DNA from: a virus
DNA: 64,000 bases
Reading direction: 5' to 3' (one strand)
Virus record (IMG/VR): IMGVR_UViG_3300034061_000981
Coordinates: 43,620 to 107,619 of that record
Part shown: piece after piece, positions 29,012 to 37,839 of the stretch
Layout: each line of letters begins with the position of its first letter
Position numbering within the stretch: position 1 is the first letter of the stretch
Notes under the pieces: model-generated
Told to the model about the DNA's origin: nothing
Databases searched by the model: none
Seen by the model: only the letters and a program-made list of their open reading frames with translations
Translations under genes and position numbers: made by a program

Positions 29012-29893
29012 ATGAAAAAAATCGCATTAGCGACATTATTGGCCGCAACTACAATGGTTGCAACAGCACAAGTATCAATCTCTGGTAAAGTTGCTCAATT
29101 TGCAGACAGCACTAAAACTGGTGTAGTTCGCAATACTGGTATCGTAGGTGAGCCTACAAACAACATCACTATTTCTGCTACAGAAAATTTAGGTGGTGGT
29201 TTAAGAGCACGTGTTGTATTAGATACAAGCCTTGGTCCAAACACTATCAACGGCGGTGGCACACAATTGGGTGATCGTCAAGGTACAGTTGGTCTAGCCG
29301 CCAAAGTTGGATCAATTGATATTGGTCGTAACGTTCACAGTCAGTTTTTGTCAATCACTAACAACGATGTATTCGGAACTATGTATGGTTCAGTTGCCGG
29401 TGATGTACATAACTTACGTGGTCTACGTGTAAGCAATGGTGTATTCGCTACAGTTAACCCAATGAAAGGTGTAACAGTTTCTTATGACCGTACACAGGGT
29501 GCAACTGGTCAAGATGCAACTAGTTATGGTGCAGTTGGTTCATTTGCTGGTTTTACAGCAACAGCCGCACGTTTTGAACAAGGCGCTGAAGTTAGCACAG
29601 TAGTTGGTTTGAATACTAAAATTGCTGGCACACGATTGACATACACTCATAGTGATAACACAGGTGCTGTAAACAGCAAAGGTGATTTAATTGGTGCAAG
29701 TCAATCAATTGGTGCATATACTGCTAAGGCAAGTTTTGGTCGTACAAACAAAGATGTTAGAGCCTATTCTGTAGGTGTTGACTATGCTTTTAGTAAGAGA
29801 ACAGACGCGGGTATTGCATACCGTAGCGTTAATAAAGTTGGTGCATCACATGATGTAGCACAAGTTGGAGTTGGTTTAACACACCGCTTCTAA
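29012..29893 (+). CDS. Gram-negative outer-membrane porin (betaproteobacterial type)
   Basis: Signal peptide MKKIALATLLAA..A-Q, ENLGGGLRA, YAFSKRT, C-terminal GLTHRF. Confidence 0.88.
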   Translation: MKKIALATLLAATTMVATAQVSISGKVAQFADSTKTGVVRNTGIVGEPTNNITISATENLGGGLRARVVLDTSLGPNTINGGGTQLGDRQGTVGLAAKVGSIDIGRNVHSQFLSITNNDVFGTMYGSVAGDVHNLRGLRVSNGVFATVNPMKGVTVSYDRTQGATGQDATSYGAVGSFAGFTATAARFEQGAEVSTVVGLNTKIAGTRLTYTHSDNTGAVNSKGDLIGASQSIGAYTAKASFGRTNKDVRAYSVGVDYAFSKRTDAGIAYRSVNKVGASHDVAQVGVGLTHRF

Positions 29894-29909
29894 TTATTAA
29901 TTAGATAAC

Positions 29910-29934
29910 AAAAGGGGCTTTAAGCCCCTTTTTT
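29910..29934 (+). terminator. Bidirectional intrinsic terminator
   Basis: AAAAGGGGCT-TTA-AGCCCCTTTTTT. Confidence 0.8.
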
Positions 29935-30023
29935 ATTTTCTGTAAAATTAGTTACCCTTTTAGTTATATAAATATGTATGAGTATGTTATACTTACACAG
30001 ACTATTACACATAAGGAGATAAT

Positions 30024-30563
30024 ATGAAAACAGTTGGTGATAAATTAGAAGCATTTGTAGTAACAGGTGTTAAGCCAGGACAACCGGAAGATGCATTCTT
30101 CCCAATTACAGAAGAAAGTTTTGCAGGTAAATGGAAAGTTATCGTTTACTATCCAAAAGACTTCACATTCGTTTGCCCTACAGAAATCGTAGCGTATGAT
30201 AAATTACGTAGTGATTTTGAAGACCGTGATGCAGTATTGTTGACAGGTTCTACCGATAACGAATTCTGTAAACTAGCATGGCAAAAAGCACATCCAGACT
30301 TAGCAAAGATTAGTCATAATCAATTTGCTGACACAGCCCGTGATGAGCGTAGTTTGATTAATCAACTAGGAGTGTTCTATGCTCCGGCAGGTGCGGCACT
30401 ACGTGCAACATTTATTGTTGATCCACAGAACGTTATTCAACACATTACAGTTAATAACTTAGATGTTGGTCGTAGCCCAGAAGAAACATTGCGTGTATTA
30501 GACGCATTGCAAACTGGTGAACTATGCCCATGTTCACGTCCAATCGGCGGAGCAACATTATAA
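30024..30563 (+). CDS. ahpC: Peroxiredoxin AhpC
   Basis: YPKDFTFVCPTE, ALRATFIVDP, GRSPEE, GELCP. Confidence 0.95.
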   Translation: MKTVGDKLEAFVVTGVKPGQPEDAFFPITEESFAGKWKVIVYYPKDFTFVCPTEIVAYDKLRSDFEDRDAVLLTGSTDNEFCKLAWQKAHPDLAKISHNQFADTARDERSLINQLGVFYAPAGAALRATFIVDPQNVIQHITVNNLDVGRSPEETLRVLDALQTGELCPCSRPIGGATL

Positions 30564-31102
30564 TGCAACCAATTACAATTAACGGAGATTGGGTACAGTC
30601 CGTAAAAGACAGCATCCCGGACCACTCAAAAGATATCAGATTAAACATTGACGCTGTTATCAATCGTTCAGGTCTAGATCCAGTTGATACACATGCTATT
30701 GCCTATGTATCAGCACTTGCCGCCGGCAATGGTGGATTAGCATTTGAGATTGAACACAATGGTCCTTTGTTTATGGCAGAAGCTGAACGTGAAGCCGCAA
30801 AGACTGCCGCAAGTTTGATGGGTCAAAACAACATTTGGTATCCATTTGTTGAAATGACAGGTGACGAATCAATGAAGGGTTTACCTGCAGGATTGCGTAT
30901 GAATGCTTATGCTACTCACGGTGGTGTATCTAAGAAGAAATTTGAAATGTATTCATTAGCCGCAAGTATTATTGGCAAATGTCATTTCTGTGTAAAAGCA
31001 CATTATGATACATTAAAGAAAGAAGGAATGTCCACACAAGAGTTAATGGCAATTGGTCGCATCGCGGCTGTTGTTAACTCTATTGGTAAGATTGCTATTT
31101 GA
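30563..31102 (+). CDS. ahpD: Alkyl hydroperoxide reductase AhpD
   Basis: AASLMGQNNIWY, LRMN, ASIIGKCHFCVKAH; TAATG overlap with ahpC. Confidence 0.9.
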   Translation: MQPITINGDWVQSVKDSIPDHSKDIRLNIDAVINRSGLDPVDTHAIAYVSALAAGNGGLAFEIEHNGPLFMAEAEREAAKTAASLMGQNNIWYPFVEMTGDESMKGLPAGLRMNAYATHGGVSKKKFEMYSLAASIIGKCHFCVKAHYDTLKKEGMSTQELMAIGRIAAVVNSIGKIAI

Positions 31103-31131
31103 TTGACATAAATGCCTAACTATGTTATACT
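31103..31131 (+). promoter_or_regulatory. sigma70 early promoter, likely leaderless transcript
   Basis: TTGACA-17-TATACT with ATG 6 nt downstream. Confidence 0.7.
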
Positions 31132-31137
31132 GTAAGT

Positions 31138-31392
31138 ATGAAAATAGAACGTGCAATCGATTGGGATCAAGTTAGTATTGAATTGTCAAAACAAATGGTC
31201 GGGATTGGATACAATCCCGACCTAGTTCGTATGCATTTAAACATTGGTAAAATGGTTACTGAATTAAGCAAACTTGAAGTTAATTTGCGTAGAACGGGCA
31301 AATACAATATGCTTGATGATAGAGTAGCCGAAATAAACAATGCAATCAATCACTTAGAGAAGCTAGTATTAATGGCTAATCTGATGAAGTGA
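31138..31392 (+). CDS. Hypothetical protein
   Basis: ORF with its own promoter. Confidence 0.7.
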   Translation: MKIERAIDWDQVSIELSKQMVGIGYNPDLVRMHLNIGKMVTELSKLEVNLRRTGKYNMLDDRVAEINNAINHLEKLVLMANLMK

Positions 31393-31395
31393 AAT

Positions 31396-31424
31396 TTGAC
31401 AATAAATCAATTTGGTACTATAAT
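31396..31424 (+). promoter_or_regulatory. Early promoter, TTGACAATAAAT family
   Basis: TTGACA-ATAAATCAATTTGGTAC-TATAAT. Confidence 0.8.
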
Positions 31425-31452
31425 AGTCTCTCACTTTACTAAAGGACCTATT

Positions 31453-31749
31453 ATGAAGATAGCAAATTATGTATTGAAGTATACAAAATCAGTCGATGGA
31501 CCACTAATGATCCCTAAGAAAAAGATTGATAGCACAATGAAATGGGTAGAGTACAGTTTAGACATTGTAGATATGCAGAAAATGCTTATGGGTACACGTG
31601 ATCTAAAAGACAAGTATCAATTAATGGACCTACTAGAAATTGCAGAGCGTAAGAAAAAATGGCACTATCGTCAAGAAAACTTTGATGTGAGTCGGGCCAG
31701 TACTCTCTTGCAAGCTATGCTCAGTCGAGCTTACAAGAGTATTGCTTAA
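31453..31749 (+). CDS. Hypothetical protein
   Basis: AAGGA SD before ATG 31453. Confidence 0.7.
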   Translation: MKIANYVLKYTKSVDGPLMIPKKKIDSTMKWVEYSLDIVDMQKMLMGTRDLKDKYQLMDLLEIAERKKKWHYRQENFDVSRASTLLQAMLSRAYKSIA

Positions 31750-31751
31750 AT

Positions 31752-31791
31752 TTGACAATAAATGGACCCTGTGCTATAATACTTGTATTGA
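31752..31791 (+). promoter_or_regulatory. Early promoter, extended repeat copy 1
   Basis: TTGACAATAAATGGACCCTGTGCTATAATACTTGTATTGA. Confidence 0.85.
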
Positions 31792-31806
31792 ATTAATTAA
31801 AGGTTA

Positions 31807-32220
31807 ATGATGGAATACAAAGTTGAGGGCAGTCGCCGCAACAAAAAATTCGTTGAAGCAATATTGCCCTCAATGATATCTCAATTAAAACTTGAAAACT
31901 GCACAAAGGCAGTTGTAATTCGTATTGCCGATGAGTGTGAAGGCAATCAAGGTATTACTGTAGATTTATCTGAACTTACAGGATGCTATATGGTTGTCAT
32001 CAAACCAACTCGCAAACTCAAAGATATTGGATTGACACTTGCCCACGAAATGGTCCACGTCAAACAATTAGCAAAGGGTATTCTTAAAAATAAACGAAAC
32101 GGAGTGAACATTTGGGCAGGTAAAGCATACAGTAAAAAGACCGCATACTTAGACATGCCTTGGGAGATTGAAGCATTCTCAAAACAAGAATTAATTCTAC
32201 GCCGGGCATTTGAAGAATAA
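31807..32220 (+). CDS. Putative zincin metallopeptidase
   Basis: LAHEMVHVKQ and PWEIEA. Confidence 0.7.
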   Translation: MMEYKVEGSRRNKKFVEAILPSMISQLKLENCTKAVVIRIADECEGNQGITVDLSELTGCYMVVIKPTRKLKDIGLTLAHEMVHVKQLAKGILKNKRNGVNIWAGKAYSKKTAYLDMPWEIEAFSKQELILRRAFEE

Positions 32221-32228
32221 CATAGCAC

Positions 32229-32257
32229 TTGACAATAAATCAAGTTTCATATATACT
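32229..32257 (+). promoter_or_regulatory. Early promoter, TTGACAATAAAT family
   Basis: TTGACA-17-TATACT. Confidence 0.8.
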
Positions 32258-32296
32258 AACATCTGTTTCTAAACAAGCCATTTCAAAGGAGATATT

Positions 32297-33400
32297 ATGG
32301 CATCGCAAATTTCTGACAATCTGACAATCACTAGCGTACAAACTCGCAAAGCATTGTTGACAGCTTTTAAAGTAAAACGTCCCGTATTCTTGTGGGGACC
32401 TCCCGGTATCGGCAAAAGTGAAGTTGTTGCCGAAGTTACTGAAGAACTCGGTGGCCATATGATTGACTTGCGTATGGCACAAATGGAACCTACAGATATT
32501 CGTGGTATCCCATACTTCAATAAAGATATTGCTAAGATGGATTGGGCGGCACCTGTTGACTTGCCCGATGAAGAACTTGCAAGCAAGTACCCAATTGTTG
32601 TTCTATTCTTAGATGAGATGAACAGTGCATCACCTGCAGTACAGGCAGCTGGCTATCAGTTGATTTTGAATCGCCGTGTAGGTAAATATGTATTGCCCGA
32701 TAATGTTGTTATCGTTGCGGCAGGTAATCGTGATAGTGACAAAGGTGTTACATATCGTATGCCGATGCCCCTCGCTAATCGTTTCTTGCACTTAGAAATG
32801 CGAGCCGACTTTACGTCATGGCAGAACTGGGCTGTTGACAAAGGTATTCACAAAGACGTTGTGGGTTACTTGTCATTCGCTAAACAAGATTTGTACGAAT
32901 TTGATAGCAAATCTAGTTCACGTGCGTTTGCTACTCCTCGTAGCTGGTGCTTTGTGTCTGACTTGTTGAATGATGAAGATAACATTGATACTGATACAAT
33001 GTTCAACTTGGTGTCAGGTGCAGTTGGTGAAGGTCTTGCTGTTAAGTTTATGGCACATCGTAAGATTGCAGGTAAGATGCCCGCACCAAGCGAAATTCTT
33101 TCAGGTAAAGTGAAAGACTTGTCTGTGAAAGAAATTTCGGCAATGTACTCATTGACAATTTCTATGTGCTATGAATTGCGTGATGCACTTGAAGCTAAGA
33201 AAGTTGATAGCAAGAAGTTCCACGAAATGGCTGACAATTTCTTTAGCTACATTATGACTAACTTTGAGACTGAATTGGTTGTGATGGGTGCTAAGATTGC
33301 ACTTAAGACATACAAGTTGCCGATCGAGCCGAGTCAGTTGAAGCACTTTGATGACTTCCACAAGAAATACGGCAAGTACATTGTTGAAGCAGGTAACTAA
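32297..33400 (+). CDS. MoxR-like AAA+ ATPase
   Basis: GPPGIGKS, LFLDE, AAGN, PLANRF, TPRSW. Confidence 0.88.
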   Translation: MASQISDNLTITSVQTRKALLTAFKVKRPVFLWGPPGIGKSEVVAEVTEELGGHMIDLRMAQMEPTDIRGIPYFNKDIAKMDWAAPVDLPDEELASKYPIVVLFLDEMNSASPAVQAAGYQLILNRRVGKYVLPDNVVIVAAGNRDSDKGVTYRMPMPLANRFLHLEMRADFTSWQNWAVDKGIHKDVVGYLSFAKQDLYEFDSKSSSRAFATPRSWCFVSDLLNDEDNIDTDTMFNLVSGAVGEGLAVKFMAHRKIAGKMPAPSEILSGKVKDLSVKEISAMYSLTISMCYELRDALEAKKVDSKKFHEMADNFFSYIMTNFETELVVMGAKIALKTYKLPIEPSQLKHFDDFHKKYGKYIVEAGN

Positions 33401-33402
33401 AC

Positions 33403-33428
33403 AGAGGGGTGCTAGTCACCCTTCTTTT
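33403..33428 (+). terminator. Intrinsic terminator
   Basis: AGAGGGGTG-CTAGT-CACCCTTCT-TTT. Confidence 0.6.
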
Positions 33429-33442
33429 AACTAAGGATTATT

Positions 33443-33595
33443 ATGACAGGTAAGAAATATTTTTACGCATTGGGTCAACGTGCTAGAGCAAAAGGAATGA
33501 CCAAGGACCAAGGTATGGCCTTCTATTCTATTGAATCGGCACACGATTATGCCCGAATTGCGTTTGACGCAGGATATCGTGGATTGTCACATTGA
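33443..33595 (+). CDS. 50-aa hypothetical protein (not in the ORF track)
   Basis: TAAGGA SD; MTGKKYFYALGQRARAKG...AFDAGYRGLSH. Confidence 0.65.
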   Translation: MTGKKYFYALGQRARAKGMTKDQGMAFYSIESAHDYARIAFDAGYRGLSH

Positions 33596-33620
33596 CAATA
33601 AATATAAGGTCTGCTATAAT
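33592..33620 (+). promoter_or_regulatory. Early promoter, TTGACAATAAAT family
   Basis: TTGACA-17-TATAAT. Confidence 0.8.
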
Positions 33621-33650
33621 ACATTTTTTACATTTACAAAGGGACATATA

Positions 33651-34004
33651 ATGCAATTGACTTTTAGAGCATATCGTGGTAAAACAATTCTCAAAATGAT
33701 TGAAAATCTTCTCAAAGAAGGTAATGTTATTCGTGCTCCCGAATATGGTAATGTAGTAGATGGAATTCACGGCGGTTCACCTGAAGGTATTAAGATTGAC
33801 CCTCCTGCTAATATTCGTGGTATTGGTATGGATAGACTAGCAGGTTCTTGTGGCTATAAAACTTCTTTTACTAAGAAGCAACAAGAAAAAATTGTATTGA
33901 TTCATTTAGGTACAAAATACTTTGAATTGTATAGTGATGAAAAAGAACTCAATAAAGCATCATTCCCTAGTGAGGCTTGTGAATTTATTGCAGTTGACAA
34001 TTAA
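33651..34004 (+). CDS. Hypothetical protein
   Basis: Start moved to ATG 33651, downstream of the promoter and AAGGGA SD. Confidence 0.7.
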   Translation: MQLTFRAYRGKTILKMIENLLKEGNVIRAPEYGNVVDGIHGGSPEGIKIDPPANIRGIGMDRLAGSCGYKTSFTKKQQEKIVLIHLGTKYFELYSDEKELNKASFPSEACEFIAVDN

Positions 34005-34022
34005 TACAATCTCTGTTACAAT
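33994..34022 (+). promoter_or_regulatory. Early promoter
   Basis: TTGACA-17-TACAAT. Confidence 0.7.
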
Positions 34023-34048
34023 AGACGCATAAACAATAAAGGACTATT

Positions 34049-35329
34049 ATGAGTGAAGTACTAAATCCCACTAAGCGAACACGTAGTAAGAAGTATGAGA
34101 ATCTTATCGGACCTACTGATAAGAAAGTTGACTTTGACGCACGTGAACGTTTGGTAACAGCACGTATTGGTTTGCTACTACGTCATTCATTCTTTGGTAA
34201 TCTTGCTACACGTTTGCAGTTGATTAATGCTGATGAATGGTGTGGCACAGCGGCAACTGATGGTCAGAAGTTTTATTACAATAGCCGCTTCATTATGATG
34301 TTGAAGCCCAAAGAAGTTGAATTTTTAGTAGCACATGAAGTGTTACACGTTGTATACGATCATATGGGTCGTAGAGATCACCGTGACCCGCAAATCTGGA
34401 ATATTGCTGATGACTATGCAGTTAACGCAGACTTGAAACGTCACAAAGTTGGTCAATTTATTACATCAGTACCTTGCTTGTATGAGCAAAAGTATGATGG
34501 CAAAGCCGCTGAAGTTATCTATGATGACTTGATGAAGAACGTACAAAAGATTGATATCAATGACCTTATTGATCAATTGCTTGACGATCACATGGATGGT
34601 GATGGTGAAGATGGTGAGAGTGATAGTGATGGTAACAAGCAAGGTAAAGGTAAAGGTCGCCCTAAATTGTCTGATGAAGAAAAAGAACGTATTCGTCAGG
34701 AAGTTAAGCAAGCAATTATCAATGCCGCACAAAGTGCAGAAGCAGGTCAATTGCCACTTGGTGTTGAACGATTGATTAAGCAAGCAACTAACCCAGTCAT
34801 GCCCTGGCGTGAACTGATTCAAACTAACTTGACTAGTGCTATTCGTACAGATTATAGTTGGATGCGCCCTTCTCGTAGAGGCTGGCACATGGATGCAATC
34901 ATGCCCGGCATGACACCGGGAGAAGAGATTGATGTTGTTGTTTCTATTGATATGAGTGGTTCTATCAGCAACAAACAAGCACAACAATTCTTAGGTGAGA
35001 TTGGTGGCATGATGGATTCGTTCGATGGCTACAAGGTCCATGTATTCTGTTTTGATACTGACACATATAACCCACAAGACTTTTCTAGTGAGAATATGGA
35101 ATCTATTGAAGAATATCAGCCAATGGGCGGTGGTGGTACTGACTTTGATTGTATCTTTACATACTTGAAAGAGAACGCTATCGATCCGAAACGATTGATT
35201 GTATTCACTGATGGATATCCCTGTGGTTCATGGGGTGACCCTGACTATTGTGATACTACTTGGATCATTCATGGTGACCCTAATCCGAATCCCCCATTCG
35301 GTACATATGCGATATATGATGAGAAATGA
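34049..35329 (+). CDS. Metallopeptidase plus VWA domain protein (DUF2201-like), partner of the MoxR ATPase
   Basis: TAATDG, AHEVLH, WNIADD, DMSGS MIDAS, GGGGTDF, FTDG. Confidence 0.85.
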   Translation: MSEVLNPTKRTRSKKYENLIGPTDKKVDFDARERLVTARIGLLLRHSFFGNLATRLQLINADEWCGTAATDGQKFYYNSRFIMMLKPKEVEFLVAHEVLHVVYDHMGRRDHRDPQIWNIADDYAVNADLKRHKVGQFITSVPCLYEQKYDGKAAEVIYDDLMKNVQKIDINDLIDQLLDDHMDGDGEDGESDSDGNKQGKGKGRPKLSDEEKERIRQEVKQAIINAAQSAEAGQLPLGVERLIKQATNPVMPWRELIQTNLTSAIRTDYSWMRPSRRGWHMDAIMPGMTPGEEIDVVVSIDMSGSISNKQAQQFLGEIGGMMDSFDGYKVHVFCFDTDTYNPQDFSSENMESIEEYQPMGGGGTDFDCIFTYLKENAIDPKRLIVFTDGYPCGSWGDPDYCDTTWIIHGDPNPNPPFGTYAIYDEK

Positions 35330-35454
35330 TTATGGAAATCTTACTTGATATTTTAGGATATGGTTTTATTGCTGTAGTTATCATTGGTGCATTATATATC
35401 TTTGTCAGATTATTGACAACAAGCCTTGATACATTAACCAAAAATGATGATTAA
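35326..35454 (+). CDS. 42-aa single-TM membrane protein
   Basis: MIMEILLDILGYGFIAVVIIGALYIFVRLL...; ATGA overlap. Confidence 0.55.
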   Translation: MIMEILLDILGYGFIAVVIIGALYIFVRLLTTSLDTLTKNDD

Positions 35455-35704
35455 GTCTAGTGAGGAAATAATCATTTATGAATCACCGGATGGTGGCAAA
35501 ACAGTCTACTCCCGCAAGATGGGAGAGCCTCATAACTCTCGCACACTACATAGTGTAGACCCTGCTTGGCAAAAAGAACAAGAAATAAAGTTACGATGGG
35601 CTAATCTTAAAGAAGCCGTATATATGGCTGACAGTAACCCAACACTTAATGATGCAATAAGTAAAGTAGAAACATTATATGTCCTCCTCAAGAAAGAAAA
35701 CTAA
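35444..35704 (+). CDS. Hypothetical protein
   Basis: IYESPDGGKTVYSR, a common phage small-protein motif. Confidence 0.7.
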   Translation: MMIKSSEEIIIYESPDGGKTVYSRKMGEPHNSRTLHSVDPAWQKEQEIKLRWANLKEAVYMADSNPTLNDAISKVETLYVLLKKEN

Positions 35705-36050
35705 ACACTATCTTGCAATGTGGGATATGCAGGGCCTTGAAAGTCTACACGATGTTGACTATCATATGGATAGGTACAATGAATGGGAGAGACAACAAGT
35801 TATTGCTATTCTTAAAGAAGAACAAATCCCAGCAAGACCCACAGGTATCCCATTACAAATGTTGCTCCTTCGTGCTAAGGTAAACAGTCAACGTGCGTAT
35901 GAGATTTATGAATTCAATAGTACTTTAAAGTATGACGAACTTAAGGAAGCGTTCAATGATAATCCACAACCTGTTGTTGAATGGATTAGAGAGAATGGTA
36001 AGAAAGTCTATAGTGACTATGTTAAACAAGAAAGAAAGATGATTGTATGA
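35679..36050 (+). CDS. Hypothetical protein
   Basis: Operonic ORF. Confidence 0.7.
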   Translation: MSSSRKKTKHYLAMWDMQGLESLHDVDYHMDRYNEWERQQVIAILKEEQIPARPTGIPLQMLLLRAKVNSQRAYEIYEFNSTLKYDELKEAFNDNPQPVVEWIRENGKKVYSDYVKQERKMIV

Positions 36051-36478
36051 TGTATATTGGTACAAGCCTTGGTCGTTGTTTACTTAGCTTGATGGCAGGT
36101 GAAGTGTCCGCAGATGAGGTTATGTTCATTGTAACTCGCACATTGTGTCCTGACTATGAATCCTTTATGCAAGTAGTAGAACAATATCACGCAGAGGGCA
36201 ATCCTCATGCTCTTAATCCTGCACAATATGGTTTAGGTGACTATGACTTTACTGAAGTAAAAAATCTAGCTACTAGATTATATTTCTCAGGTAGGATACA
36301 TCAACCTAGAGTATTTGATTATGAAGGCAGAACATCCGGTCATTATTTCCACTATGATCATCCTGCTAAATTAGGTAATGGGTTGTGGATGCAAGTTGTC
36401 CCTACTAATGACAATAGTACGCCTGCTGTAGTAGAAGCCTACGAAAAATACAAGATGTTGGATAATTTAACCAAATGA
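36047..36478 (+). CDS. Hypothetical protein
   Basis: Operonic ORF, ATGA overlap. Confidence 0.7.
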   Translation: MMYIGTSLGRCLLSLMAGEVSADEVMFIVTRTLCPDYESFMQVVEQYHAEGNPHALNPAQYGLGDYDFTEVKNLATRLYFSGRIHQPRVFDYEGRTSGHYFHYDHPAKLGNGLWMQVVPTNDNSTPAVVEAYEKYKMLDNLTK

Positions 36479-36729
36479 CAGAATATCAGATTAATCCTAT
36501 TGGCTGGTTTAGCGAACGTGAATTAAAATACACACCCAAACACTTTGTTATATCTAAAACACGCTTAACTGATGAGGGTAAGATATGGATATTGAATAAA
36601 CTTAAGGGAAGGTTTTCTATTACATATATAGATGATGATACAGATGACTTTCTTGTATTTTATACAATGGGAAATCCTGCATTTGAAGATCCAAAAGAAG
36701 CAATTTTTTATGAATTGACTTGGTCTTGA
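36475..36729 (+). CDS. Small protein of the F-x-L-x-W C-terminal family
   Basis: Ends FEDPKEAIFYELTWS. Confidence 0.7.
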   Translation: MTEYQINPIGWFSERELKYTPKHFVISKTRLTDEGKIWILNKLKGRFSITYIDDDTDDFLVFYTMGNPAFEDPKEAIFYELTWS

Positions 36730-36809
36730 TGCCCAAAAACATTACTACATAAAAAATAAGTGGTATAATAAAAAGATATTAAATATCTATAACACTCAAG
36801 GAGAATATT

Positions 36810-37487
36810 ATGAGTTTTTTAAAACACGTCGGTAAACATGGTGATCGCAAGGTTGCAATCATATTCCGCGAAGTTCCAGGTGAACCACACATGTGTTTAG
36901 TAACATATACTGAAACACTTAACCAACATATCCATGACCCGCTTATCAAATGTATTGAAAGTGATATCGGACAACATGCAGAATCATTATCTGATGCGCT
37001 TAATCGCACATTGGGTATGGATGGTCAACCGATATTATTCACGTTACACCGTGAAGGTTTACTAAAGAAAGTACAAACAGAGAACATCGTTGTTACCCCC
37101 AATTCAAATACTAAAATTAAATTAAATGAACTTAATAAGATTTTAACTGAAATGAAACAAGGTGAAGATGCTGTTAAGCGTATGGCTGAATTAGATAAGA
37201 GCCGCGGCTTGCAGGATCCAGTTGATGTAGCACGTAGAGTACGTGAAAACAAAACACGTGATGCCAAAGTACCAGCAACAGTACCACTAACCGCATCTAC
37301 AAATGACGCATTGGGAGACAATGTTATAGCAAATAACTTAAGACAACAGGCTCAGAAAATGGAAACAGAAGCAAAAGGCCTACTAGCCGAATCTGCACGA
37401 TTAATGTCTGAAGCGGCATCAATGGATCCAGTCAAGCCGGTTGCAAAGAAAACAACTAAGGCAAAAAAAGCAAAAGTTAGTGCATAA
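36810..37487 (+). CDS. Hypothetical phage protein with C-terminal coiled coil and basic tail
   Basis: AAGGAG SD; TTAAATA at 36779. Confidence 0.75.
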   Translation: MSFLKHVGKHGDRKVAIIFREVPGEPHMCLVTYTETLNQHIHDPLIKCIESDIGQHAESLSDALNRTLGMDGQPILFTLHREGLLKKVQTENIVVTPNSNTKIKLNELNKILTEMKQGEDAVKRMAELDKSRGLQDPVDVARRVRENKTRDAKVPATVPLTASTNDALGDNVIANNLRQQAQKMETEAKGLLAESARLMSEAASMDPVKPVAKKTTKAKKAKVSA

Positions 37488-37783
37488 TGAGTCCAGAGTT
37501 CATTGAGAAATGGGAACATATTCTTGAGGATGTTGAGAAAAACAAAATACCAGTACAGTTTATCAAAAAACTAATTGTTAAACTTCAAGGTAAGCGACAA
37601 CAAACTATTAATATTGAAAAATTCTTACAACAAGGATTAGAACCCGATCAAATAGAAGATGCAGTAAGTAGAAAACTTAATGAATTAGATGACCAAATTG
37701 TCAGTGTTGAGTTTATACTTAATGTGCAAAATATTGCCGACACGGTACAACCTGAAACAGATAGACTTTTAGGTAAACTTTAA
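37487..37783 (+). CDS. Hypothetical protein
   Basis: TAATG overlap. Confidence 0.7.
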   Translation: MSPEFIEKWEHILEDVEKNKIPVQFIKKLIVKLQGKRQQTINIEKFLQQGLEPDQIEDAVSRKLNELDDQIVSVEFILNVQNIADTVQPETDRLLGKL

Positions 37784-37789
37784 CAATCA

Positions 37790-37815
37790 AAAAGCCCTGA
37801 TCATTCGGGGCTTTT
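37790..37815 (+). terminator. Intrinsic terminator
   Basis: AAAAGCCCTGA-TCAT-TCGGGGCTTTT. Confidence 0.75.
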
Positions 37816-37839
37816 CTCATTACATGATATAATATAACT

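Noticed and set aside
31396-32244. FNR/CRP boxes in the palindromic promoters
   Set aside because: The spacing is TTGA-N7-TCAA, not the TTGAT-N4-ATCAA of FNR
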